Assembly: GCA_036172245.1 (NCBI GenBank)
Contig: JAYWIR010000004.1
Span: 1,736,001-1,800,000 of the forward strand
Reading direction: 5' to 3'
Length of the DNA stretch: 64,000 nucleotides
From: Raillietiella orientalis
Taxonomy: Eukaryota
Part shown: positions 37,781 through 48,475 of the stretch, piece by piece
Position numbering within the stretch: the stretch's first letter is position 1
Layout of the letters: each line of letters starts with the position of its first letter
The notes under the pieces: generated by a model
What the model was told of the DNA's origin: nothing
Database searches by the model: none
Seen by the model: only the letters and a program-made list of their open reading frames with translations
Program-made: the position numbers and the translations under genes

Positions 37781-38749
37781 GCTTCTCATCCGGGAACTTC
37801 GAACCCGGGAACCGGTCTTGTTTCGCACACCTTCACTGGATGAAGGAGGGATCGTCGACCGTCGCCGCAGGCTTATGTAAAGAGTCCAGTGGCGTTGCCT
37901 TCTCACGAGCACCGCTGAGCTCTCCGACACGCGTAGCGCGTGGTAACGAAGTCCGAGACAGCGCGCGTGCAGAGCGACATGCGGCCTAGCCTAGCGAGTT
38001 GAGAGGGAGGAGACGGGGGAGTGGGGCCGGCAGCAGCAGCAGCGCGAATTTCGAGGAAGTCGTTTCGAATCCCACCACGTACCGCGTGACCAGCCGCCAC
38101 AGTACCGAAGCTCCGTTGGCGTGAATACCACTGGGCGAAACTGGAAAGATGCTGTTGCTGCTGAAAGAGGAGGGACTCCACAGTGTGGTGCGCCACCGCT
38201 CTTTCCGATTTTCGGGTAGTCATCGTCCGTCGTTCCAGCCGTCCACTTTTCTTCCGGAATTTTTCTCTCGCCTGCAGCTTCCTATCTCTGCTCACGAAGC
38301 GGAACGGCGCGGTTAACTCGCTCCCCTTCCCCTTTCTCCTTCCTTCCTCTCCCTGGGACGTTCCGTTCGGTCGGATTCGTCGGACGACCCCCCCCCCCCC
38401 GCAAGCCTACGGGGTTCTCTTTCGATGAGTTCCACCTTCTTCCGGGCTGACCGGCCCTCCACCTTCTTCTTCTCGAGCAGAAACTCGAGCAGTTCCTCCC
38501 CCCTCGGCGCTTTGGAAACCGTTCCTGTGGCGACTAGCTCCGCTCTTGTCCTTCGTTCGCCGTTTTGGCCTGGTTCCTTCCTCCTGTCTTCCGTTTCGCT
38601 CGTCATGTTTCTCCCGCCGACGGACTCCATCCTCGTGAATCCATCGCCACGGTCGAACCATGAGAGGACGGGAACGAAAGCATCGCTCGTCACTGGGGAA
38701 CGGACGCTTCGTTTGGGGAAACACTGGACACAGGATGTCGTCCGGGAAG

Positions 38750-39700
38750 AGCGACCGAGGACTCTCCTAGGGGTAGACCCACGAGCTTCTGTGACGCGCG
38801 GAAGATGCTGTCAAAGAACTGACCACCTAGCGCTTCCTTTCATCTTCCCTCTGTCCGAATTTTTCTCTCCGGGATCTCCCTGGATCCTGCTAATCGTTTG
38901 TGGAAGTGCTGCATGCTGTCGTCTTTCTCTTGGCGTCTACCGAAGGTATCACTTTGACCTACTCGCGCACGACAGGTTTCCTTGGGGTCAAGTTCGGGGA
39001 AGGAGGGGGAGGGGGGAGGATAATGAGGTTCGGTTGGATAGCGCCACCGTCATCTTCCTGCGGAAGCGTCACTCACCGGCCGTGCGGGTCGCCCGAGAGC
39101 GCCATCTCGGAACGTTCCCGGAAGCAGCGCCTCTGAGACGGACCGTCGCCAGCGGACCCGTCGGTCGTCGAAGTGCCGCGCGTGGTCGCCACCGCGGTCT
39201 CAGAATCGCTCCTCTTCACCGCCACCACCCCTGCTCACCGGTTCCTCCCTCCTGCGCGAAGCGCCGAGACGCGACGTAGGTCTTCCCTTCCCTGCTATTG
39301 GGAGTCGGGCTTCTCCTCCCGCCTCCGCTTCCCCCCCGTCAAAGCCAGGAGCGCTCAGAAGATGCCTCTTCACCTTAACGGCCGAATTCCTTCTCCCGCC
39401 CCCAATTTTGACCCCCCCTTTCCTTCCCTTGGAGATTCCGACGCGTCCCCGACCCGACGCTGCGTTTGTTTGGGGACCCTCCTGGACCTGGGGTAACCCA
39501 GCAGCTCCCAGTCAGGGAGATTGCTTCACGTGAGCCTGCCCCGCGATGGGCACGTAGAGACCTCGGGCAGCCCCGCAGCGGCATGGTGTGGCAGCGCCAG
39601 AAACATGCACTCATTTCGTTCAGATATCGTTCCACTGTCCTCCCCCCTCCCCCAAGCGCGGGACTCTTAATTCGGGCGGGGGGTGGGGGGGAGAGCCGCA
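38750..39700 (+). mobile_element. Decayed LINE RT fossil (CR1-like)
   Basis: GVDPR (~GIHPR), DHLALP (~QLA.PL), FFSPG, LWKC, RQVSLGS (~RPVSLTS), NFD, PKRGTL. Confidence 0.42.
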
Positions 39701-41419
39701 GATGCCCTCTCCCACCGTGAAGCATCCCCTACAGGAAGAAGGGGGGAGGCTCCAGGAGATCTCCCCTGACTTTTCCGCAAGTAGCCCCAGCCGACGCGGA
39801 CGCCCCGTGGAGTTGCTTGCTCGTGGAAAGGGAAGACAGAGGGGTCGGAGCGTGCCCCGTTTGGGAACGCTCCCGGGAATCCGTCCTCGAGGGTGGCCAC
39901 CGGCATCCTTCGCAGCCCAGGGCGCGCGCGGAAAGAAAAAAAAGAACGCCCTTGAGAAGCCGTCGGGAATTCGACCGCAAAGTCCCTCGGAGCCGGGGAC
40001 ACACGCTCCGAGGGGGGGGAAGACGGTCGAACTCCGACCAGCAGGTTCGCCTGGAACCCTCCGAGAAACCGTCCCAAGAAGTCCCTTGCACTTCCGCCAA
40101 CGAGGCAGGGCAGGAGAGGCGCCTATGAGAGGGAGAGTCCTTTCTCCGTCGTGAGCCCAGCAAATCCCTCTGCCCCAAAGCTTCGGGGCGTCCTGAAGAC
40201 GCTCCTTGCCCGGGGTTGGTAGGGTGGAAAGCAGGGTGGAGGCAAAGGTCGAGCGACCGACAGCATCCGGACGATGATGATCCCGGTGATGATGCGGAGG
40301 GGGCAGATGGAGGCGAACGGGAGAGGAGGGCAGGGGTGTGGCGCGCTTAAACCGAGCACGCGCACGCACAAAGCCGACGGGCCGGACGACGCAGACGGTA
40401 GCTGGAGGGACTCGAGGCGTTTCCGGGGAGACCGTGGCGGCGGCTCCGAGCTCTCTCGATTGCCAGCTTTTCTTCCGAAAAGCAGCAGCTCTCTTCTTCG
40501 TCGCTAGTAAGCAGCGAACGCGCAAAGAGTTCGTGTGGGTGGATGCTTTTTTTTTTCTTCTTCCTCTCTCTCTTTTATTAATTCATGCGCCTCGTAACCT
40601 TGGTGATCGCATATTTTCCTTATAAACGACGACATCGGAGCAGACCGGGAAACAAAAGGACCGGCAGGGAACCCGCGAGTTGCTCGAGAAACCAAAATTC
40701 AGGTGCTGAGCTCTCCAGCAGCCACGCGATGGAAGGGGTGGGCACGGCCACCTGTTCTTTAACGAGATTTCGAGCACCCCGCCGCAGCAGGGCGTGCAGT
40801 CCACCTCCTTCCCCTAAATCGCGCACAATCAGATGAGGTCGGTTGTTGGCTTGTGAGGCACACACACGGAAAAGAAGAGAAAGAGAGAGAGAGAGAGAGA
40901 GAAAAAAAAGTGCTCCTTCTTTGCTACCCTCTCGTCAAAATGGTCCCGCGTAGGAGCGCCTCGTAGTGGTGCACAATTTGCTATGCCAGCGGAATACCAC
41001 CAGGACGTACCACTTTCGACCGCCAAGTCGGTGCGAGTCGCTTTCTCCGAGGGCGCGACTTCCAGAACTCGGGCAGTCCGTCGGCATTCGTTGGCGCCGC
41101 AGCGCGCAGAAGCCGAATTCAGGAAGCAAAGAGATCCGAGCTTGCACGCAAAGATCCCCGGTCATATCCGAAGGGGGGGTGGAGGGGGTGGCGTCCTCCT
41201 CCTTCCCCCTCCCACACCTCGGGAAGTGCGCCTCCACGTCAGGCGTTTGCACCAGCACTTGGTTCGGAGCAGATGGCGCGCTGGGCGCCGTGTGCCCCTC
41301 GCTTTTTGCTCGTGGTTTTCTATTCCAAAGTTAACTCAAGGAAAAGTGTAGGCCTACATTCCCCCCCCCCCCTCCTCCTCCTCCCCCGGAATCGATGCAG
41401 TTAGAATGCAGACTAACGC

Positions 41420-41473
41420 TTTTTTTTTTTTTTCCTTTCTTTCTGTCTTTCTTTCTGTCTTTCTTTTCCCCCC

Positions 41474-41508
<35 letters not shown>

Positions 41509-41745
41509 TCTCTCTCTCTCTCTCTCTTATTCTATTTTTGAAGAACCTGCTTATTTCGGTTCTTGTTTGGAGCATTTTCTTGCAGCGTTCTCATTGTTAC
41601 GAACCGAAAAAAAGCAACTCCTTACTTATCGGTAATTTTTTTTTTTTTTTTTTTTCTTCTTCTTCTTCTTCTTCTTCTTCTTCTCCTTCTCCTCCTTCTT
41701 CTTCTTCTTCCTCTCCTCCTCCTCCTTCTTTTCTTTTTTCCTCTC
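41420..41745. repeat. Polypyrimidine cluster: poly-T, (CT)n at 41478-41527, poly-T plus (TTC/TCC)n at about 41636-41730
   Basis: Read directly from the sequence. Confidence 0.95.
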
Positions 41746-44149
41746 GCTCGGATAAAAAGGAAAAAAGTTTGATTTCAATTCAATGTGTGTTGGCAATAAG
41801 AATGGGATTTCCGCTCGTTTTCTCCTATTGACTGCCATTGCCCTCTCTTAGCATGGTATAAATTTTTACAGATACCATAAAAAAGGAAAGGTGTTTCAAT
41901 AATTGTAAATTACTGGCGTCATCTTTCCGAATTATTTCCCGATTTTTGTTCAGCAGCAACTGCCAAAGTCCAATCCTTCTTCCCGGTTGTTGTTGTTTTT
42001 TTTCGAAATTGAAATTGCCATTGCTTCAAGAGTAGATGAAGACTACCACGAAGACATTTATTCTTAAAAGAGTATGTTTATAATTTGTTTTCCAGATGAA
42101 GGCATAAATCCTTCTTGGACCACTCATCATGAATATGGAAAAAGAAGTGAAATATTCATCTGATCAGTCTTGGGTGGAATTAAAAAACAAATATAAAGAA
42201 TAAATGAACATGACGTACGAAATGGATAGGAGGAGAATGTATTATTGCATGCAGGTATAATGTGTACACGTATTTTGTTCTCTAGTACCTTCCCGCTAGC
42301 AGTTTTTGCTCTTGTCCATATGCCATTTTTTCCTTTTTTTAATGGTTATTTGATTTTTGCATTTTTTTTTTTTTTAAAAAAAAAGCAAAAAACAAAAAAC
42401 GGGATCTGGTAGCTAATGCAAGAAATCCAGGCATCCAAAGCGTCTGGCAAGAAACCCATCTAAATTAGTCCGTAGAGCAATTTTTCAGTCTCGATAACTT
42501 CACAAATCTGAAGGTGCAGTTGGTTCGTTATTTATTACATTAAAGGATCCATTCTTAAAGTATTCGGAAAAGAGTATTTTAAGATTGCCCAGCTTTTGAC
42601 ATGCACGCCGGAATTGTTTGAGAGAAAGAAAATTAAATAAACCGAAACAAGTGGGCTCTTAATTTTCCACCGTACTTGTTGCAGTCATGTGCTCAATGTA
42701 CATTCAGTAGCGCTATTCCTCTTCTTCTTCTTTTCCTTTTGAAGGAAGGGGGGGGGGGGAGAAAGAAAGCCTCCATTTTGTCACAAAGTGCATATTGAAT
42801 AAGATCTTGGACCAGTCTCCAGGGAAGCCTTGAATCGAACTCCTAATTTAACGCTCGTCTGTCATCGTTAAGCGTTTATTAAAAAAAAAAAAAAAATGAA
42901 TGTAATCTTAAATGCACTTCTTGCGTTTTAACCACTGAAGAAACTGTAGCAATGGCTGCTGCAGATCTCCGGACGTCGCGTCCTCATCACGAACATTAGA
43001 AAAGCAAAAGTTTGATTAGAGCCCACCGCATCCATGCAAATCTACAGTTTGAGAGTTTGCTTTAGGCCCTACACTCTTTTTTGCTGCTTCTTCTTTCACG
43101 TCCCTTGCGCGCCTTCATCTAAATGCGGAGTTGAAACAAGAAGGATCGTGTTGGTAGCATCCTCAGGCGCCTCCGCAAAGTCAGGACGGCCACAGCGCAA
43201 GCACCACAGAGACTTCTAACGAATTCGTTTCGGGAAGACGAGAGTTGCAGACGGAAAGTGAGAGCACATCGTATCCCCCCCCTCCCCCTTTCCCCCCCCC
43301 CGCCTCCCCTCCTCTCCTCCTCCTCCTCCTTCTTTTTGCTCATTTTTTTTTTTTTTTTTTTTTTCCTTCTTCTTCTTTCTTCCTGCTAGCGAATCGTCAG
43401 TCGACTTGGCATTTTTAAGGGAAAATTTTTATGGAGGATTTTTTCTCATCTTATGACAAGTTTTATGAGGAAAACTGGAATCGTTTTCCACATTAGAGAA
43501 TCACGAACACGACTCCGATGATGAGAGCTGAAGACCCAGCACTCCTGTCAAGCCTCTCACTTTTTTTTCTTTCTCTTCTTCTCCAGCCCTGTCTGTTCTT
43601 TTCTCAGTTCACGGAACACGGACTTTTTGTCATTTTGCACGATGGGCAAGCGGCAGTTTCGCCTTTCCTCCCGCGCGTTTTTGTTTCAAACGATCGTCCG
43701 AAGCAGCCAGGAGGAGGAGGGAAACTGCCAGGGAACAAACGCTGCGCTAAGCAACGGTTAACCCCGCTGTGTGCACACGACGGCACTTCGGACAACACTT
43801 CGCGGGGTAGAAAAACACACACTCTTCGGGTCCCCCCTTTTTCCTCGAGCCGAAACGGGCCCGTCGCACCCGGTTTCGCAAAGTGTGCTGCTGTTCACCC
43901 TCCCCTCCCCCCCCCCCCATTCTCCCTCCGTCTCTCTCTGTCGCCTTCTACGGTGAGCGAACCACGAACGTTTAATTAGCGCCGAGCGTGATCGCAGCAC
44001 TTCGAAGCCTCAGAGTCCGCGCAGCGCGGTGGTTTCTCATTCCACCTAATAGACGGATGGCTGCAATGAGCCTGCGATGAGCGAATGATGCAGTCCCGGA
44101 CGCGATCCAGGTTGGTGAAAGCAGGCAGCCGGGAAGGAAAGGCTCTCTT

Positions 44150-44490
44150 GCTGTACGCATGTACGCGTGAGCGCGTATGCGTGCGCGTGCGTGTCTGCCG
44201 CTGCCACCGTGCACGTGCGATGGGTGCGTGCGACGCTCCTTGCAAGCGGAGCTGCAGGGGGAGTTCAGGTGTGCAAGTGCGCCTCAGGTATGTAAGGCGC
44301 GCGTGTGACTTCACGTGCGTGGTGGTGGGTTTCGGAAAGAGTGCGCATGTGCGCGCGCGGTCGCCTGTGTGGGCGTGCACACGTGCACGTGAGTGTCGAG
44401 TGGGCGCTGTCGGCTGCTTGTGGGTATCCCTGCGAGTTCGCACGCGCGTGTGTGTGCGCGTGTGCGTACACGTGTGGGTGAGCGCGCGGG
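44150..44490. repeat. Degenerate alternating purine-pyrimidine (GT/GC/AC) tract
   Basis: Repeated gtgcgtgcgc/gtgtgtgcgc/cacgtgcacgtg units over about 340 bp. Confidence 0.8.
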
Positions 44491-44899
44491 CACAATAGGT
44501 AGGGGGGGGGGGGGGTGAAACGTCCCCTCTTCCACGTTGAAACCCGCGCGTCGTTCCTTGAGCTCCGCCCGCGCGCCTCTCGTCTCCTGGGAAACGGATG
44601 TGAGAGCTGCCAAGGTCGTGCGGCTCGCTTGGGACGAATCCGTAGAGATGCGATTACTCCCAGTGAAACAAAGGCAGATGCTAGCGCAGGCGCGCGGGAG
44701 AGCCCTGCAAACCCTGGAGGAGCGCCGCGTCCCGTCCGGGCGCGAAGGCTGGAGCTTTGGGGTGCAGGTGGCATTACCCTGAGGAGCCACGATCGAGGTC
44801 AAAGGAGACTGAGAACGGGTGCTCCTGTGCGATCAGGTCCAGCAAGGAGGGAGGACCGGGAAAGGAGGGGCACAAGGGAGAGATAGTGCCCTCGGGGCA

Positions 44900-45300
44900 A
44901 GACCTCTAGAGAAGGCTCTTACACCATGGAGAAAACACAGGACACGTGCGACATCCCGGGAACCCCCATGACCAGCTCGGGAGAAACCGCTACCTGCTCC
45001 TTCGTGTTCATGGCAGAGAGAGAGAGAAAGAGGGCAGCGGGTATTAAGGAGCGAGAAGGGCGAAGTCAGGAGGCCACCGCCCTCTCGGGCCGCGCGGTGG
45101 TTGTCCTTCCCCAGGAGGAAGCGAAGCAAGTGCAGGAGGGAAGGAGAGACGAGCCCCGTTTTCGCCCTGCGGTATCCTCCCAGGGCGCCTTGCTGGGGGG
45201 CGTCGTACCATCTGGGGTGCGCGCGGGGATCGAGGGCGCTCGGACCGCCACTGGCGACGTCTGTCCCGGAACGGGACTTTTCTGCGTCCATCGTCAGATT
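44900..45300 (-). mobile_element. Possible decayed LINE RT fragment
   Basis: ALDP..WYD, SPSLLHLL, LTSPF..CPLS. Few motifs, weak call. Confidence 0.28.
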
Positions 45301-46949
45301 CGGAAGAGGGTGCATCCGCGGGAGGACCGGAGCCAGCTTTCCCCGACGGTCGCTCCTGGAGATCGGAGCCGCAGCGAGAGGAGGAGAAGGATGAGCGTGT
45401 GCTGCTCTCTCTCGTCCCTCTCGTGGGCCTTCCGTCCGGGACTCGCCCCACGGCGTCCCTGCTCCCCGCGCACGCCCACCCAAGAAATTTCCCTTCCACT
45501 TGTTTTTTTCTCCGACCCCACGGGCGCGTCGCCGCCTCGTAAGGGGACCCGTACCCGGGACGTGGCGCGAGCGAAGAGTATGGGCGTGTCCACAGGGGCG
45601 CGCCTATCCTGCCCCTACCTCAGTCCCGAACTTTCCCGCCCCCACGTCTCTCTCTCTCTCTCGAGAGAGAGAGAAGGGGGGAGGGGAAGCGACCCTTGCA
45701 GGTGGCGACCCTCCGCCCGTCCTTCGCCTCCGGAGCTCCGCTGATCGCCGGCGTCAGGACTGCCCTGAAGGCTTTCGGTTCCCCTCCTCCCCCTACTGCG
45801 CGGCGGCGCTTCCGGCTTGGTGCGCTGATCGGTCACGCGCCCCGCTTTCTGGAAGCGCGGCGCTCCCTGGGGATCGACTGGGGCCTACTTCCGCCCGTCC
45901 CACCGCACCCGGGACACTTCCGCCCACGGGAAGGGGCTGGAAAACGGAAGCCGTGGCGGCAGGAGGGGGAGGAGCGACCGGGAACTCCCCGGACGCAAAG
46001 GCGGTAGCCTCTCTTCATCGCCACAGTTCTCCCCCCGTCCGAGTGGACCCGGGTCCGCTCCGGGACTCTCGGGGAGGAAGCAGGATGGTCCGCCTCCGTC
46101 ACCGCCCGCCAGCCTGCAAAGTCCGCGCAGGGCCCTTCCCACACGCCGGCGCTGCTGCTCCCGATTGGCTGCGCGGGAACTCCCGCGTGAGAGGCAGGCG
46201 TGCTTCCCGTAGCGCTCCCGCTTCCCGAGCCGGCGGGAACCGCATCCCGATTCGCTCCGCGAGGCGAGGAAGAGGAGGATTCGCGGAACAGCCCTACCGA
46301 TGGGTGGGCATGGAATGGGGAGTGCGAGGGAAAGGCGCGTGGGAGCGACAAGCTCTTTCCCGTCTCCCCTGTCCTTCCCCATCCCCCACTTCCGACACCG
46401 TGCCTTGCCCTTCTCTTCCTGACTATCTCTCGCGGGAGGCCGGCTCGCCTCCTGACTCCCCGCGTCGGCCTTCTCCGTAGCGGCTGCTTCGCACCGCCGC
46501 CGCTGCGTGCTTTCAGCGCTAACTGTCTGGTAAGAGGGCATCTCTCGCTCCCTTGTTGCAGTGAGGCCCGGGCGGTCGACTCACGTAACGGAGAGGGACG
46601 GGGAAGGCTAGCGGGAAGCAGAAAAGGAACCGGGCGAGTGACACGTTCCGGGGGGATCCAGCGATCCAGGAGGAGAAGAAAGAAAGCCGACGGAGAGAGG
46701 GAATGGAGGAGGGAGGGAGGGGGGCAGGCAGGAAATGGCGCGGACTCTCTGGAAGGCACTTGGCAGCGCCTCCTCACCCGGAGAAATCGCGGTGCGGACA
46801 CCTCGCAAAAGAGGGCGAAAACGGCGGAAGGCGAACTTCCTGTTTGGGGCGGTGCACGTGCGCTCGGCCCGGCGAAGAAGGAAGGAAGGAAGGGAGGGGG
46901 TGACGTTTTGTCTCTTCGTTTTTTTTTGTTTTTTTTTGTTTTATCTCCG

Positions 46950-48205
46950 GAGAGCAAGGGGGGAGGGGAGGAATGGCAGCTTTTGCGTTGATTCAGCGGC
47001 GCCGCCGCCTGGGAAGCCACCACGGTCCCCCCTCCCCCCTGCCATCCGGGAGCCTTCCTTTTCCATCGCCCGGCAGCCGCCGCCTCCGCGCTCGCCGCGC
47101 CACTCAGCGGCGGCCGCAGCGGCTCAGGTATGCGGCGGCGGCCTACCTGCGCTCGGCCCGCTAGCCTCTCTTCCGCCGCGCGGTTATTCTCCAGCGTCTC
47201 CGCCGCCGCCACCGCCGCCGCCGCCGCCGCGCGCGCGCTGCGTGTAGCCTCTCCGTCTCCCCCTACGACGCGCGCGCGCGCGCGCGCGGAGATCCCCGCG
47301 GGCGCCCAGTGCGGTGAATACCTTGGAGCTGGCGGCCGCGTCCGGGAACCTCCGCCGTGTTCGAATACGCGCGTTTTTTGGCTTGGTGACCGCCGCGCTG
47401 CTCCCGCTGTTGTGAGATTTCCGCCGCGCGCGCCCGGTTGCCCCCTCTTTCCAATCCCCCGCGGAAAGGAAAGGAAGATCGGAGGAGGAGGAGCGAGCAA
47501 GAGGAGAAAGAGGCGGCGGCGGAGGCGGTCCGACGAGGGAGGTGTGCAGCAGCAGCGGTAGCTGGTGGTGCTGGTGCCGGTACTGCCTCTGGTGGTCCCC
47601 GCTAGCGCGCGCAGTTGTGCACGAAGAGGAGGAGCGCCGCCTATCCAGCCGCGTGAGAGCGCGCGGAAGAGCAAGAGGGAAGCGAACCGGGAGGAGAAGA
47701 AGCAGGAAGAGAGACACGGAGGAAGAGAGCGAGAGGGAGAAAGAAAGGAGGAGGAAAAAAAAAAAAAAGGGAGAGAGAAAGAGAGAGAGAGGGAGAGAGA
47801 GAAGGAAGGGGGAGAGGAGGAAGAAGGCACGCCGAGAGGAAGGAGCAGCGGTGGCCCGGAGAGCGGAGGAGGAGGAGTGCGCGGGAGAGAGAGACCGGGA
47901 GAGAGAGACAAGAGGGCGCGCTCGCGCAAGCCAGCAAGTAGCGGCGGCAGCAGACGGCAACGACGCCAGCGGAGCAGCTTCCTCGTCCTCCTCCTCCTCC
48001 TCCCCCCCCGCGCGGCGACGACGTCGCGCGCATGGCGGCCATCTTGGAAACACCTGTCTGAAGGGCGTGCGGCAGCGGAACACCTTGCTCTCGCGGAAAG
48101 CCAGCCCGCCGGCTGCGCGTGTGCTCCTCTCTCGCCTGCAGCCTTTCCTTTTTCCGGGAACAGGAAGGACGCTCCTGCGGTTGGCCCCAGTGGAACCCTC
48201 CGTTC
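46950..48205 (+). promoter_or_regulatory. AP-2 promoter/5'UTR region (CpG-dense, (CG)n, GA-rich tract, YY1/Pho motif)
   Basis: Immediately upstream of the first coding exon: GCC repeats, a (CG)n run near 47268-47288, a purine-rich GAGA tract at about 47660-47910, and ATGGCGGCCATCTTG at 48032-48046. The TSS cannot be placed. Confidence 0.6.
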
Positions 48206-48315
48206 ATGAAACACATTCGGATGGCCGAGCTCAGTCCGATGGGCAGCCCCCACTCGGGACACAAGCGGAAGAGCCCCCGTGACACCGACGGGGACGCTCT
48301 GTCCCCGAGGAAGCA

Positions 48316-48349
<34 letters not shown>

Positions 48350-48475
48350 GGAGGTGGAGGCAGCGACGTCCACGCCGCCTTCATCCTGGATGGGCACGAC
48401 GTGGGCGAGGTGGCGCAGGACATGGACGGCCCGGTGGCCGACGTAGGTCCGCATGACGTAGACGTGACCGACGAG
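48206..48475 (+). CDS. TfAP-2: AP-2 probable first coding exon ([26 protein letters not shown]...G14...DVDVTDE)
   Basis: ATG at 48206 (alternative in-frame ATG at 48221), 90 codons with coding-like codon usage, ending GAG|gtaaaa in phase 0, which matches the phase-0 acceptor of exon 2. It follows a GC/GA-rich promoter-like region. The peptide itself is not recognised as conserved. Confidence 0.7.

Noticed and set aside
42129..42203. Short ORF MNMEKEVKYSSDQSWVELKNKYKE resembling a Myb/SANT-like helix
   Set aside because: Too short, with no flanking support for a transposon or gene.
2282..46000. Hundreds of overlapping 60-385 aa ORFs in all six frames
   Set aside because: No recognisable protein families other than decayed RT motifs, and no coherent exon chains. 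Expected from high GC.
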